A DNA stretch of 63,606 nt, filler included, from Phoronis australis (Eukaryota; Animalia; Phoronida): NCBI GenBank assembly GCA_002633005.1. It is 6 parts of 6 records of this genome, joined end to end, with 100 filler letters (N's around TTAATTAATTAA, not from the genome) between each part and the next. Parts side by side here need not be neighbours in the genome. Positions count along the whole stretch, not along the records: positions 52,566 to 59,393 come from NMRA01002104.1; positions 59,494 to 61,104 come from NMRA01003917.1; positions 61,205 to 63,606 come from NMRA01003690.1; 3 more parts are not named here. The stretch is one strand, 5' to 3'. The notes under the pieces are model-generated. The model did no database searches. It saw only the letters and a list, made by a program, of their open reading frames with translations, and was not told the origin of the DNA. Of this stretch, positions 52,466-63,606 are shown in pieces; positions within the stretch are counted from its first letter, which is position 1; each line of letters opens with the position of its first letter. Both the position numbers and the translations under genes were made by a program.

Positions 52466-53966
52466 NNNNNNNNNNNNNNNNNNNNNNNNNNNNNNNNNNN
52501 NNNNNNNNNTTAATTAATTAANNNNNNNNNNNNNNNNNNNNNNNNNNNNNNNNNNNNNNNNNNNNTAACTGCCCAATCTTCCGCCACCTTCAGCTCTTCT
52601 TGAAGAGACCTGCGACAGACCATCACGTTCAACAGTGAAGTTTTGATGCACTGAGCTCAGGTCAGCACGGCTCCTTGGAGATTCGGGTTTGGAAATTGAA
52701 TACCGTTGACATGGTACTGTACTTGACTCAAAACGAACATAAAGCACACAAAATCAAACGTGAGAATATACTTCACCAAGTTACCAGCTATAGTCCTGGT
52801 CAATTGGCTCGACCTCATCATCATTCATGGATTGGAGAAGTTTGCACTTTTTGGAATGCATTATTTTCCAAATAGTCACGTTTTGTCGAATCTTGTTTTA
52901 AACAAGTTTCTAAAACTGGACTTGCATTCGTTTGAAGATAGATATGCTCATGCATTTGGGTAATTATACAAAAAAAATTAAGCATATTATTCGACTTTGT
53001 AAATTTTCTGTTAACCTTCGGCAAGTAACACCATGTCATTTAAAACCTAAAATTAACGACAGCAACACCTACTTGAAAAAATTCAGAGGAATTGACGCCT
53101 AAATTGTTTAACTCAAAACGTATTCGACAGGAACACAGGAGCGTGCGACGTCTGCTTATGCAAACACAGGACAAAGTGGGCCTTTGGAAGACTTCCAATG
53201 GTAAAGGTAATAAATAGTGTGGTAAACTCTTTGGATCTTTCTAAAATTTCGTTTCAAAAGGTGTAATTTGTATAATGAAAGTGCGCATGGACAGTTTTTC
53301 AAAAAAAAATACTAAGTAGCCTCCATTGATGAAGAACAGGCGCATAAATGCAAAAATCTCAGAAAAATCTCATGACTGTGGACAGAGGCCCATTCAACTT
53401 CAAAAAATTTTATATAACAAGCAAAGCATACAATGCCTGTTTTTACGTCTGCAAAAGAGGAGAGTTGAATTCGAAAATAGACCATTGATTTATTACCGTT
53501 TATCTCAGACTTAAGTAAAACTATTTTTGCAACACAACTTAGTAATCTAAATATTTGTAATGCGACAACATAATCCATTTTGAACTACTAACAGTTAGAT
53601 CTTGGAGTAGCACATCAGTGACTCAGGTTGGGCAACTTACTTAGGCAGATCAACAATGAGAACTTTTGCACAGTGGAATTAGAAATACGATCTTCAAACA
53701 GTTTCAAAGTTGCCTTTTGAAGGCTAAAAGAATGACAAGAATATTACTTTTAACAGTTTAATAAACTTAGGATAATTACAAATCATATTTAAAGCACTTT
53801 AACCCTTGCACAGGATAAATCAAAACACTTATTACAAGCCATACTTGGTAATACTGACTTGTCTGCATGTTAAGCTTAAATAATGTAAAATTTTCCTTAG
53901 AACTGGATACTAGTACAAATGTTCAGTATATCATAAGATGAAGCGTATCCCTCATGAAGAATACTG

Positions 53967-56900
53967 TCACATATCTAACCATTCTTTCATGTAGACACAG
54001 CTTGCAGGGGAAATAACTCCACCTTCATGGCACTCGCTGAAAACCTGTTGAAAAAATATAGACATGTTAAAGCAACCTATTCTTTTGATCAAAGTTCAAA
54101 GGTCACATACATCACAATGCCACAGACTGACAATCTGTCAATTGATGTGAATTCAGTGAAATACTAATAAAGCATTAAATAATATATACATATGCACACT
54201 GCAGTGGGCATTACAAACAACACTCATTTAGTAAATATAGAGAGTGATTTTTGTTCTACTAATATCAATTTGGTGTACACTTACCCACCATCATTTGTCC
54301 GGCATAATACACACACACACTGATACAGAGGCAGCTTATCTACTACACTTCAAAGAGCTACTTATGAAGTTGTTACTAATTCCATAATTCTTCAGCTCAA
54401 CACGAAAGGAATTTTGATCATTTTTCGTGATATTGTGTCCTGTAGATGCTGGTGGTACTAGTACTTATCTGAAGACAAAGTGAAAAGGTACCATGGAATG
54501 GGATGAGTTCTAAGAGACAAATTTCGCGTTTTCGACAATCTATAGGGTACTCTGTGAGGTATTATTAATTATAAAGGATTTTTTTTAAATGTATAACTGT
54601 AAGGGTACAGTTTTCCTAAAATCCTACATTACTGTTTCTGATCACAGCTCATGAACAAAGATGAAAAATGAATTCCTTCAATAATCTATTTGGAAAAGGT
54701 AATAACACTGTACACTTTTAACCTGTAATTTCAACTTAGCAGTGACTCACTGGACATACACCACAAGGTGTTCTCATTAATCCAGTAGATGGCGCCAGAG
54801 GTCTAATAGCTCGATAAAGTTTCGTCTGCTCTCCACTGTCACCTGCTCCTCCTAATAATGTTCGCTCAACTTTTCCATCATAAATCAATGTGTCCAGTAT
54901 AGTCTCAATGTCTTCCACAGATAATTGNACCATCAAACATTTATGGCCCAATGAAACAACAACGACCTGTAAATTTTTATTTTTTTGAAGTACGACCACC
55001 ACCCATTTTGAATTTAAATCAAACGCAACCACCCATAAATTTTTATTTCAGTTGCCTTCCCCCCTCCCACACAGATTTTGCTGGAACAGCCCTGAGGTAT
55101 TATTAATTATAAAGGATTTTTTTAAATGTAAGGGTAGTTTTCCTAAAATGATACATTACCATTTCTGATCACAGCTTATGAATAAAGATGAAAAATGAAT
55201 TCCTTCAATAGCTTGGAAAAGGTAATAACACTGTACACTTTTAACCCCTAATTTCAACTTAGCAGTAACTCACTGGACATACACCACAAGGTGTTCTCAT
55301 TAATCCAGTAGATGGCGCCAGAGGTCTAATAGCTCGATAAAGTTTCGTCTGCTCTCCACTGTCACCTGCTCCTCCTAATAATGTTCGCTCAACTTTTCCA
55401 TCATAAATCAATGTGTCCAGTATAGTCTCAATGTCTTCAACAGATAATTGCACCTTTGAAGAAAAACATTCAGAATCATGACTCACTACAACATAACACA
55501 ATAGAGTATAAACAAGGCCATCATTTTACTATTATACAAGACTGAGAAATAAAATGTTTTACTTTTTCCTAACCTAGAGGATTTGTCCTCATACCAGGGC
55601 CCTCGAATGGTTGAGGGGAAAGCTGGAGTGTGCATTCTGAGAAGAGATTTTTTGGGGTGAGTGGAAAATTTTACCCCAACTACCATCAATAGCACCCGGG
55701 CCCCTGTTGCATGCCATCAATTAGCCAAAATTGACTTTTTGTGCTCATTCAAATCATGATTAACACCTGTCTGAGATACAAGTGAGCCAAGCCTCCAGGG
55801 GAATTTTTCAGTCACTCGACGGGAATTTTTGGCCTCATGAAGGGAATTTCGCATGATTTTTCAATAACTTTCAGAGGAGAATAGGGCCAATGGTCGGCCT
55901 CGAAATCGAGGGACTGAGGGAACTGCATACATATGCGTGTGTTTACATACTTTCCGCATTGACACTAACATAGTTACCTTACTAATTCCCAGCTCAGATA
56001 TAAACTTCCATACTTCCTTCGAAGAGGCAAATGAGGCATTTCTCACAGATAATGGATCTGACTGGGTATTTCTAGCAGACGTAGTCTGAAACAACAAAAC
56101 AGTAATACACTGAGTTTGAAATTCTGAATCCATGGCTAAACATGGAAATATGCAAATGACCCAGTATGTTACTAAACATAAATTTGATTCCAAAATCCAT
56201 TTTGAGGAGGTGAGCTTGAAAGAACAGTCCCAAATCTTCTTGGGGCAATAAATTATTTTGTACTTAAGAAGCTGAAGATCGGAATTTCACTAATAACAAA
56301 ATATGAGCACTGCCCCAGAAATCGCTTTCACATTTTATCCAGGTTTTCAATCATTCCCTTGCATACATTCACTAGTAAGACTGAGCTCAGGAGAGTAGGA
56401 GGGACCATTGTGCAATGCTTGATTGTCAGAAATTAAAGCCCGGACTCGAGCCCAGGTGTCCCCAAACAGGAGACCAGAGCTTGAACATCTGAGCCACATA
56501 CATAAAAGTGCCAATTATACTTAAAAAGTATGAAGAACTTACGAATTAATCAAAAGAATGGAGGTTACTATAAACTGACCAAAATGAGGAGGTTAAAGCT
56601 AGGTAAATTTGATATTCTTCTCAGTTACTTTGAGAATATCTTAGAATATAATAGAGATATGTGCAAAACTGAAATACTTGAAGTATCATATTCTCGCGAA
56701 GAAACCACAGATACCATTGAAATTGTGGCTAAGTTTGGGTACTTAAAATCCAGTAAATCAGATCATTCTATGCGTCTCTTAAAAATTACCTCCAAAGAAT
56801 GCATTTGATAAAAACTAAAAGAGAATTCCTCCAATGCAAAATGTTAGTTTTCAACATATTGGTGGAGATTTTTAAGTTAGGTTCCAACCTTTTGCTCTAG

Positions 56901-58553
56901 GAACTTAAAGCTCTGTTGGTTTAAAACTTCCACAAATTCCGACTCAAAGTCTTGGTCACTATACCACGCACCACCAGTCACTGACCGATCAGGCTCCAGG
57001 TCAAACAACATATACACCTTCTTTTTAGATGCCTGAAAAAAGATAAGATGAGAGGGGATTTGAAACTGATATATAAAGTGTGGAACATTTTTATTTTCTT
57101 GACAAAGATTTGATAACTCAATAATGGCTAGTAAACACATTTTTAAATATTTAAAAATGGTTGCGAGGAAATGAAATATACATGGAACTGTAGCCGACAG
57201 TAAAAAAGAGTGCAGGTGGATCTTTTGCGGCGCATCAGACGTGCACAGGCTACATGCTTAAGCCAATCACATCAAGTTTGCAAGAATTCGCGAAACTCCT
57301 GTTATCCATCAACAAATTCTTCATGAAACATTTTTTTCAAGTCTCTGTTTCGAGTCTGCCTGTCTCTTTTAAGAAAATGGATGGACTTTTTCACTTGTTG
57401 CAATGCACTTTATGTTGTGGGCATGTAATACTGCCATCCAGGAGCTAGCTCCTTAGCTAAAAAAATAACAAACAAGACTCTACCAGAGGTTTGGGTGTTT
57501 CAGCTTCAGTACCACACTCAAGACACACTGGGCTGCTCATACACCCACTGACATGCATGTGTTGGGCACATTACAGTGATCTTTTAAACAGCCAACTGTA
57601 AGTGTAACAGAACAAAGAGGAACAGTAAATGCCAAAAAAACCCTGACAACTCACCGCCACTGACTTGACAGCTTTTATCAGTTTTTTACTTTCGAGGTTT
57701 TTGAGTACTTTGTTCACTTGGGTTAGTAGCAAGNTAGATGCCTGAAAAAAGATAAGATGAGAGGGGATTTGAAACTGATATATAAAGTGTGGAACATTTT
57801 TATTTTCTTGGCAAAGATTTGATAACTCAATAATGGCTTGTAAACACATTTTTAAATATTTAAAAATGGTTGCGAGGAAATGAAATATACATGGAACTGT
57901 AGACGACAGTAAAAAAGAGTGCAGGTGGTCTGATATCTTTTGCGGCGCATCAGACGTGCACAGGCTACATGCTTAAGCCAATCGCAACAAGTTTGCAAGA
58001 ATTCGCGAAACTCCTATTATCCATCAACAAATTCTTCATGAAACATTTTTTCTCAAGTCTCTGTTTCGAATCTGCCTGTCTCTTTTAAGAAAATGGATGG
58101 ACTTTTTCACTTGTTGCAATGCACTTTATGTTGTGGGCATGTAATACTGCCATCCAGGAGCTAGCTCCTTAGCTAAAAAAATAACAAACAAGACTCTACC
58201 AGAGGTTTGGGGGTTTCAGCTTTAGTACTACACTCAAGACACACTGGACTGCCCATACACCCACTGACATGCATGTGTTGGGCACATTACAGTGATCTTT
58301 TAAACAGCCAATTGTAAGTGTAACAGAATAGAGAGGAACAGTAAATGCCAAAAACAAAACCTGACAACTCACCGCCACTGACTTGACAGCTTTTATCAGT
58401 TTTTTACTTTCGAGGTTTTTGAGTACTTTGTTCACTTGGGTTAGTAGCAAGTTACTCTTGTAACGAATGTCTCTCGTCCAGATGCCTTTGTTGCCTGCCT
58501 CTTCGATGATTTGATAAACAAGTCTCTCTTGGTTATCTCCCCCTTTTACTTTG
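53967..58553 (-). CDS. POLR3F: RNA polymerase III subunit RPC6/RPC34, 3' five exons
   Basis: Exons 58373-58553 (VYQIIEEAGNKGIWTRDIR...LIKAVKSVA), 56889-57032 (KKKVYMLFDLEPDRSVTGGAWY), 55978-56085, 55274-55453 (DIETILDTLIYDGKVE...PCGVCP), 53967-54044 (VFSECHEGGVISPASCVYMKEWLDM*); four-Cys Fe-S motif. 5' exons not found. Confidence 0.95.
56436..56498 (-). mobile_element. tRNA-derived SINE head (degenerate)
   Basis: A-box-like GTGGCTCAGATG and B-box-like GGGCTCGAGTCC about 40 nt apart; no intact cloverleaf. Confidence 0.35.
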
Positions 58554-58697
58554 CTAGAATACCACACACAGACGATACAGGATAAAAGTATTACGATTAC
58601 AGCACAATATGACCGAAAAATGGAACTTCATCTCTCAAAGTTGTAAGTTAAAATAAAGTTTTAATTCATTGTATTGTTCAGATGTCTGAAAACTGCT

Positions 58698-59137
58698 GGG
58701 GCCCGTTTCACGAAAAGTGATTGAAAACTTAATACCAAGAATTTGTTTAAGTTAAGACTGAAGACAAAAATTCTGAAAGGGCAGTTTCATGAACACTAGG
58801 TCTGCATTTGATCCTTGGTCTTAGCTTAGACAGAGATTAAGTCAGGTTTGACATAGGTGACCATACAAACTGCACTTTCGCCACCTGTTGCGAATTCACA
58901 AAACTAACTGAGGCAGTCTGTGAAATACAGTTTCAGAATAATCTTGGCCTTGAAACTCTAAATGAAGATTTATTTACAACATTTTGGGTGCAATTGTGAT
59001 CTCGCTTACGTGAGAAGACCCGGCCGATTCCAGTCTTAATTTTGGTCTTATCATGAAACGGCGCTAAGACGCTTTGTTCCTAAGCTAGCCCAATTTCGGT
59101 CTAAGTTAGACTGAAAAAGTTTAATAAAACAGGTCCC
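58698..59137. mobile_element. MITE with GGG(G)CC.GTTTCA.GAAA termini (Harbinger-like)
   Basis: GGGGCCCGTTTCACGAAA ... TTTAATAAAACAGGTCCC; a related left end GGGTCTGTTTCATGAAAAGTGA at 39708. Confidence 0.55.
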
Positions 59138-60423
59138 AGATGTAAGTTTGAGCAATTCCAATAATGTAGTAAGCCTTTGAAAATTGGAATAAATATTCTA
59201 AAGTTCAAAATTGAACAATGTTATAAGTTTCCAACAGAGGCTTAGACTAAAAGCATGATACTAACAAAATGATCAGTCAACCTATTGTCAACAATACTCA
59301 TAACAAGAGCAACGCACAGCGTTGAAATGCGCCCACAATTGCACCGCATACGGTATCCTTCTAGGGTTGTTTATTGGTACCATAAAGTGGCCANNNNNNN
59401 NNNNNNNNNNNNNNNNNNNNNNNNNNNNNNNNNNNNNTTAATTAATTAANNNNNNNNNNNNNNNNNNNNNNNNNNNNNNNNNNNNNNNNNNNNACCAGCT
59501 CTGCTCTTGACAACTTGGGTTCGGACCTGAGTTCATTGTGAATTTTGATAACACGCTTACCTTTACATGTTGATTTTCTGAAAAACTTAGACTTTTTTGA
59601 TGGAATGAAATTCAACAGTCGATCTGCTAATACATATACTACAATAACATAAAAATTGCAGAAAATCTCTAAAACAAAACTGTGGAGAAGTCTGATAATC
59701 ATAAGTAATTATGATGAGTGAGCCAGTTGTTAGAGAATGAAATCACATCCAACTCAGAGTGCACCACATTCAGGCACCTAGAGCTCACTAATTTTTTCAA
59801 CATTTTCGAGAATGTAAATACGAACTAGCATGACGGTGCCCTATGTAATGATGCCGTGATTTTAGAAATTCCATTTTGCAAAATTGCCATAGGTATCTAA
59901 TATGAAAATTTAGCATCAAACTTCTATGAAAGCTCATAAAAAGATGAACTATCAACATTTCTACCTTTCCTTGTTAGTTCTGGACTTTTCATCAGATTTG
60001 TGGCTGTCCTTGGTATCCCTTGAGCTTCAAAAGAAAGCAAATAATATAGTGCTAACAACATGATGAGTATTTTTGTTGTATAATTGGTAACAAGTCACTT
60101 ATAGGGGTCCCACATTTTTCAGAACCAGTTTTCTCCACTTAATAATGGGAATCAAACTGGTCCTCAAAATACGGGGCCTTTGCAACAGGCTACTGGTATT
60201 CCGGATGGTCCATAATTACTTCATATTTGGAACACGTGCGGCCAGTGGTTTTTCACATTAATGCAGTGTCAGAGAAAATAAAACAAAATTTGGAAATGGT
60301 TTTCCTAATCTTTACTTTTCCAGTATCAAAGTCTAACACTTTATAATTAATAAGCAAAACTTGTATGCCGTGACTTCACTAAAGACCGAACACACAACAC
60401 TTCCATGGAACACGAATGTGAAG

Positions 60424-60645
60424 TTAAAGGCACTATTTCCGCTTCATTTTTGTTAAAAACTTCATGAAACGGATCTTTACGCAAACACTTTTATACGAAA
60501 AAGATATCGTCAAGGAGTGTAAAGGGATTTCGCAGGTAATGCACATACATGTACTAGGGATCAATAAGCCTTTAAAGGCACTATTTCCGCTTCATTTTTG
60601 TTAAAAACTTCATGAAACGGATCTTTACGCAAACACTTTTATTCG
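60424..60645. mobile_element. Tandem TTAA-flanked non-autonomous DNA transposon ends (Kolobok-like)
   Basis: TTAA|AGGCACTATTTCC...AATAAGCCT|TTAA|AGGCACTATTTCC; about 68-bp identical direct repeat. Confidence 0.55.
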
Positions 60646-61574
60646 AAATCTAAGCCCAAATAGTAGCCTTCGCCATGGCGTCGAATTTTTTTATAGTGAA
60701 CTGAATTTAATACAGATTTTTTTAGCTTAATTTTTCATTTTGTGTGGTGCACCAAGAAATAAATGGATGCCGGACGAAGTGTCAATCGAAGATTCGAGTG
60801 TCGAATATGAACTTGGAGTTTCGGTTAATCTCAAGATCGTATACAGGCCTACGTGAACTCGGAATACCCACTCAAATAATCACGTTCAAGCTAGTATAAT
60901 TAGTTAACGGGTGAAATAAGTGCTTTTGGAACCAATAATTACAGAAATTCGCTACACTGAACAAAATATTCACCAGATTTCTTTAAAGTGTATTTAATTA
61001 GGAGCTCACGCTTACGCGATCTTCAGATTAAGCAAAGTTCAAGTTCACGCATACCAAGCAAGTAATGGCAGGCGTTCGGTATGAGATAGGTTGTCCTCCG
61101 TTGANNNNNNNNNNNNNNNNNNNNNNNNNNNNNNNNNNNNNNNNNNNNTTAATTAATTAANNNNNNNNNNNNNNNNNNNNNNNNNNNNNNNNNNNNNNNN
61201 NNNNAGAGTGTCTCAAATAAACACTTTTAACTGGAACAGACACAGTCATTTCACAAACATATAGCTGCAGGACAAGACAATGACAGAATCCGAAATACCA
61301 GTATCAAGAAAATTGACCAAGCTTCCTCTCGTCTAAAATCGGCAAATTTCATCAAAATGACTCAGAGCTATTTTCATCTATTCCATTCAAGGTTTATGCC
61401 ATATCTATAGGAATTTCATTTATTTTTCCTGCACAAGGGCCAGTTTAGCCATGTTTATGTGATGCTTAGCTATGACAGTGTACCACTACACGTTACAAGG
61501 TGCCAACGCCATAGAGCACCTGCCAAACCTGTACCTGCAGAGGCAGGGTGACAGGAAACTAGGCGAAGACTTAC

Positions 61575-62998
61575 TGAGATCCAAAACGTCTCCCAGCTTG
61601 ACACACTCATCAGTTTTGGTCAGGGGAAGCTGTGTCTCTTGTTCATTACACAGCTCCAGGGACAATGCTCTAATGAGGAAGAACACTCGAATAGCCTACA
61701 AGGAATCAACATGAATTATAAGGGCGACAACACACCATAATGCTACGTCAACAGTAAAAACATGTTTGGTCTGGGACATACCACCAAAGTAGTTCAATTA
61801 TTCCTTATATTGTGCAATTATTTAATTTTTATTCGTTTATTTCTTATTTTTTTGCTTCACTGGAAGACCATGGTGTAAATAAAATGATCAATATTTCTGA
61901 CTTATCCTCGTCATATTTCATGTCCCAGTATTCTATACATAGTGCAGTGCGTTGCGATTTTATAGGAGATTTGCTACATAAAATTCTATCAATCACTCAA
62001 GCAGACAGCCATTTCATTATCCAGACAAACTGTGAAACCTTGTAGGTAAGGCCATGGGCTAAGAGCCAAATAACGTATTTTTGGGAACAACCAAAAATGC
62101 AATGAACTTATATTGCGAATATCATATTCAATTTAACTTGAGTTCTAGTCAGATTACAAATAAACCTAAATATAATCATGGTCTTATTTGAATACGAGGC
62201 CATTCTGAAAAATAATACCATGGCCTTAATGTATACAAGTTTGCAGTATCCAGATTTTACTCTAACTGCGACTGTGACGAACCCATCCCTACTCACCCTC
62301 CGTGCCCTCTCTACCTCGCCACAAGGCAGCCTCTTGTTGAACTCTATCCCTGTCAGTGGGGTACCCGTCGGCTGAAGAAGGATGGACGCGTCCATTGTCA
62401 AGTACTCCACATTCAGGGGCTTCTTCTAAAACATCATTAAGGGTGATACAAATGTTTAAATGGAAGTACTGCAGGTATCGAATGAAGAACGAACATTTTA
62501 CTCGACATTAAAATAATGAGTGGATTAGAATTTGACGCCCACCCAGATGCTAGTCTATAATGGATTCACTTTATAATCAACACTAGTACACGTTTGTATG
62601 GCTAAGTCGTCTTCAGCAATGCAGCTGAATGCCTTGCTCAAGGACACACCCACAATGCATGTGGAGTCCGAAGTTGAACCCATGACCTTTGAGTTGAGAG
62701 ACCACCTTGCCACACAGACACAGTAATTACTTTCAGAATTTCAGCTAAAAAATCAACGCAGTTTCCTTTAAGATTAATCAACAGCATGCCACACATTCCG
62801 ACAGGTGCGATCAACAGAAAGCAGCTAACAGTGGTGATCACCATTCATGAATTATTTAATGAAGGCAAAGACTTTTCTGAACACATCCTATCACAGAACC
62901 TTATCAACAAACACAGACAGTCTTTACAACAGTTAGTCAGCACTTACCATCATGTCTCTGAACTCATCTTCAAACATGTCCATAAACATCTCCTCAGA
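61575..62998 (-). CDS. CLEC16A: CLEC16A (Ema/GOP-1) homolog, three internal exons
   Basis: Exons 62948-62998 (SEEMFMDMFEDEFRDMM), 62297-62425 (KKPLNVEYLTMDASILLQPTGTPLTGIEFNKRLPCGEVERARR), 61575-61695 (AIRVFFLIRALSLELCNEQETQLPLTK...DVLDL); in phase, GT-AG. Confidence 0.92.
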
Positions 62999-63525
62999 CT
63001 GAAATGAGCAGACAACAACATACAATTGATGGCTATGTGGCAAAACTACTCAACACAAGTACACATCCCAGCAAACACATTTTCATTCACGTGCACCTTG
63101 TCTATAGCTGCATTAACAAAAGACGGGAAATTTATCCATGACTGCAAGGCAGAGTCTAACACGCTACAAACTGGGAACACATCGATACAATAAAAAATAA
63201 ATTGATATGATTTAAAGAAATATGTTCTTTATGATAGACCGCATTTCAGACAACATTACTGAATGCATGGTGGGATATGTTGTGGTACAAATGTCACTGA
63301 ATCAATTAAAAACTATCTGAAATTTTGCCTTTGAAGAAATATTTTTTCTTCCGTCTTTTCTAGAAACTATAAAGGTGAAGAATTACCAGAACTACATGGA
63401 CTTGACTAAATGTGTAAAAATCCGTTACCATGTTACCACTCCTGACATCTGACTCACTCCGTAACATAACCTTGCTATGTTCCAATTCAGCCTGTACAAA
63501 ACCCTCATGTTCATACCCCCTGAAA

Positions 63526-63606
63526 CACTCACCCTGTAGTCCCTCAGCATGACTCACCCCGTAGTCCCTCAGCATGACTCACCCTGTAGTCCTTCACCAT
63601 GACTCA
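63526..63606 (+). repeat. 25/26-bp tandem repeat (ACTCACCCTGTAGTCCCTCAGCATG)
   Basis: At least 3 units to the window end. Confidence 0.85.

Noticed and set aside
62650-62712. tRNA gene on the minus strand
   Set aside because: Only a B-box-like remnant without a cloverleaf; probably a decayed SINE.

Overview
Repeat-rich, heterozygous draft-assembly window from an animal genome, probably a non-vertebrate (spliceosomal introns; BEL/Pao, IS3EU-like, Penelope and Kolobok-type elements). Main result: a 7-coding-exon gene not recovered as such by the ORF track (39537-46554, +). It splices cleanly into a 246-aa leaderless protein with IL-1/IL-18 family beta-trefoil hallmarks (FESAKHPGFYLA, YLMC, terminal IQFNVQ) and IL-1/IL-18-like intron phases. 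The left end holds the 5' part of a type-II membrane GDS-motif (SGNH/PC-esterase-like) gene running off the window. Next is a decayed Gypsy element (1144-11459) with a younger BEL/Pao element nested in its integrase (4990-10953), which appears to use self-priming instead of a tRNA PBS. After that come a P2X7-ballast-like pseudogene, a complete IS3EU-like DNA transposon (14943-20234), many MITEs and Penelope remnants. The right end carries two ABCC4 exons, the 3' exons of POLR3F and three CLEC16A exons. These are separated by artificial N-TTAATTAATTAA-N spacers, so their adjacency is unreliable. All calls come from manual reading and translation; no database search was run.
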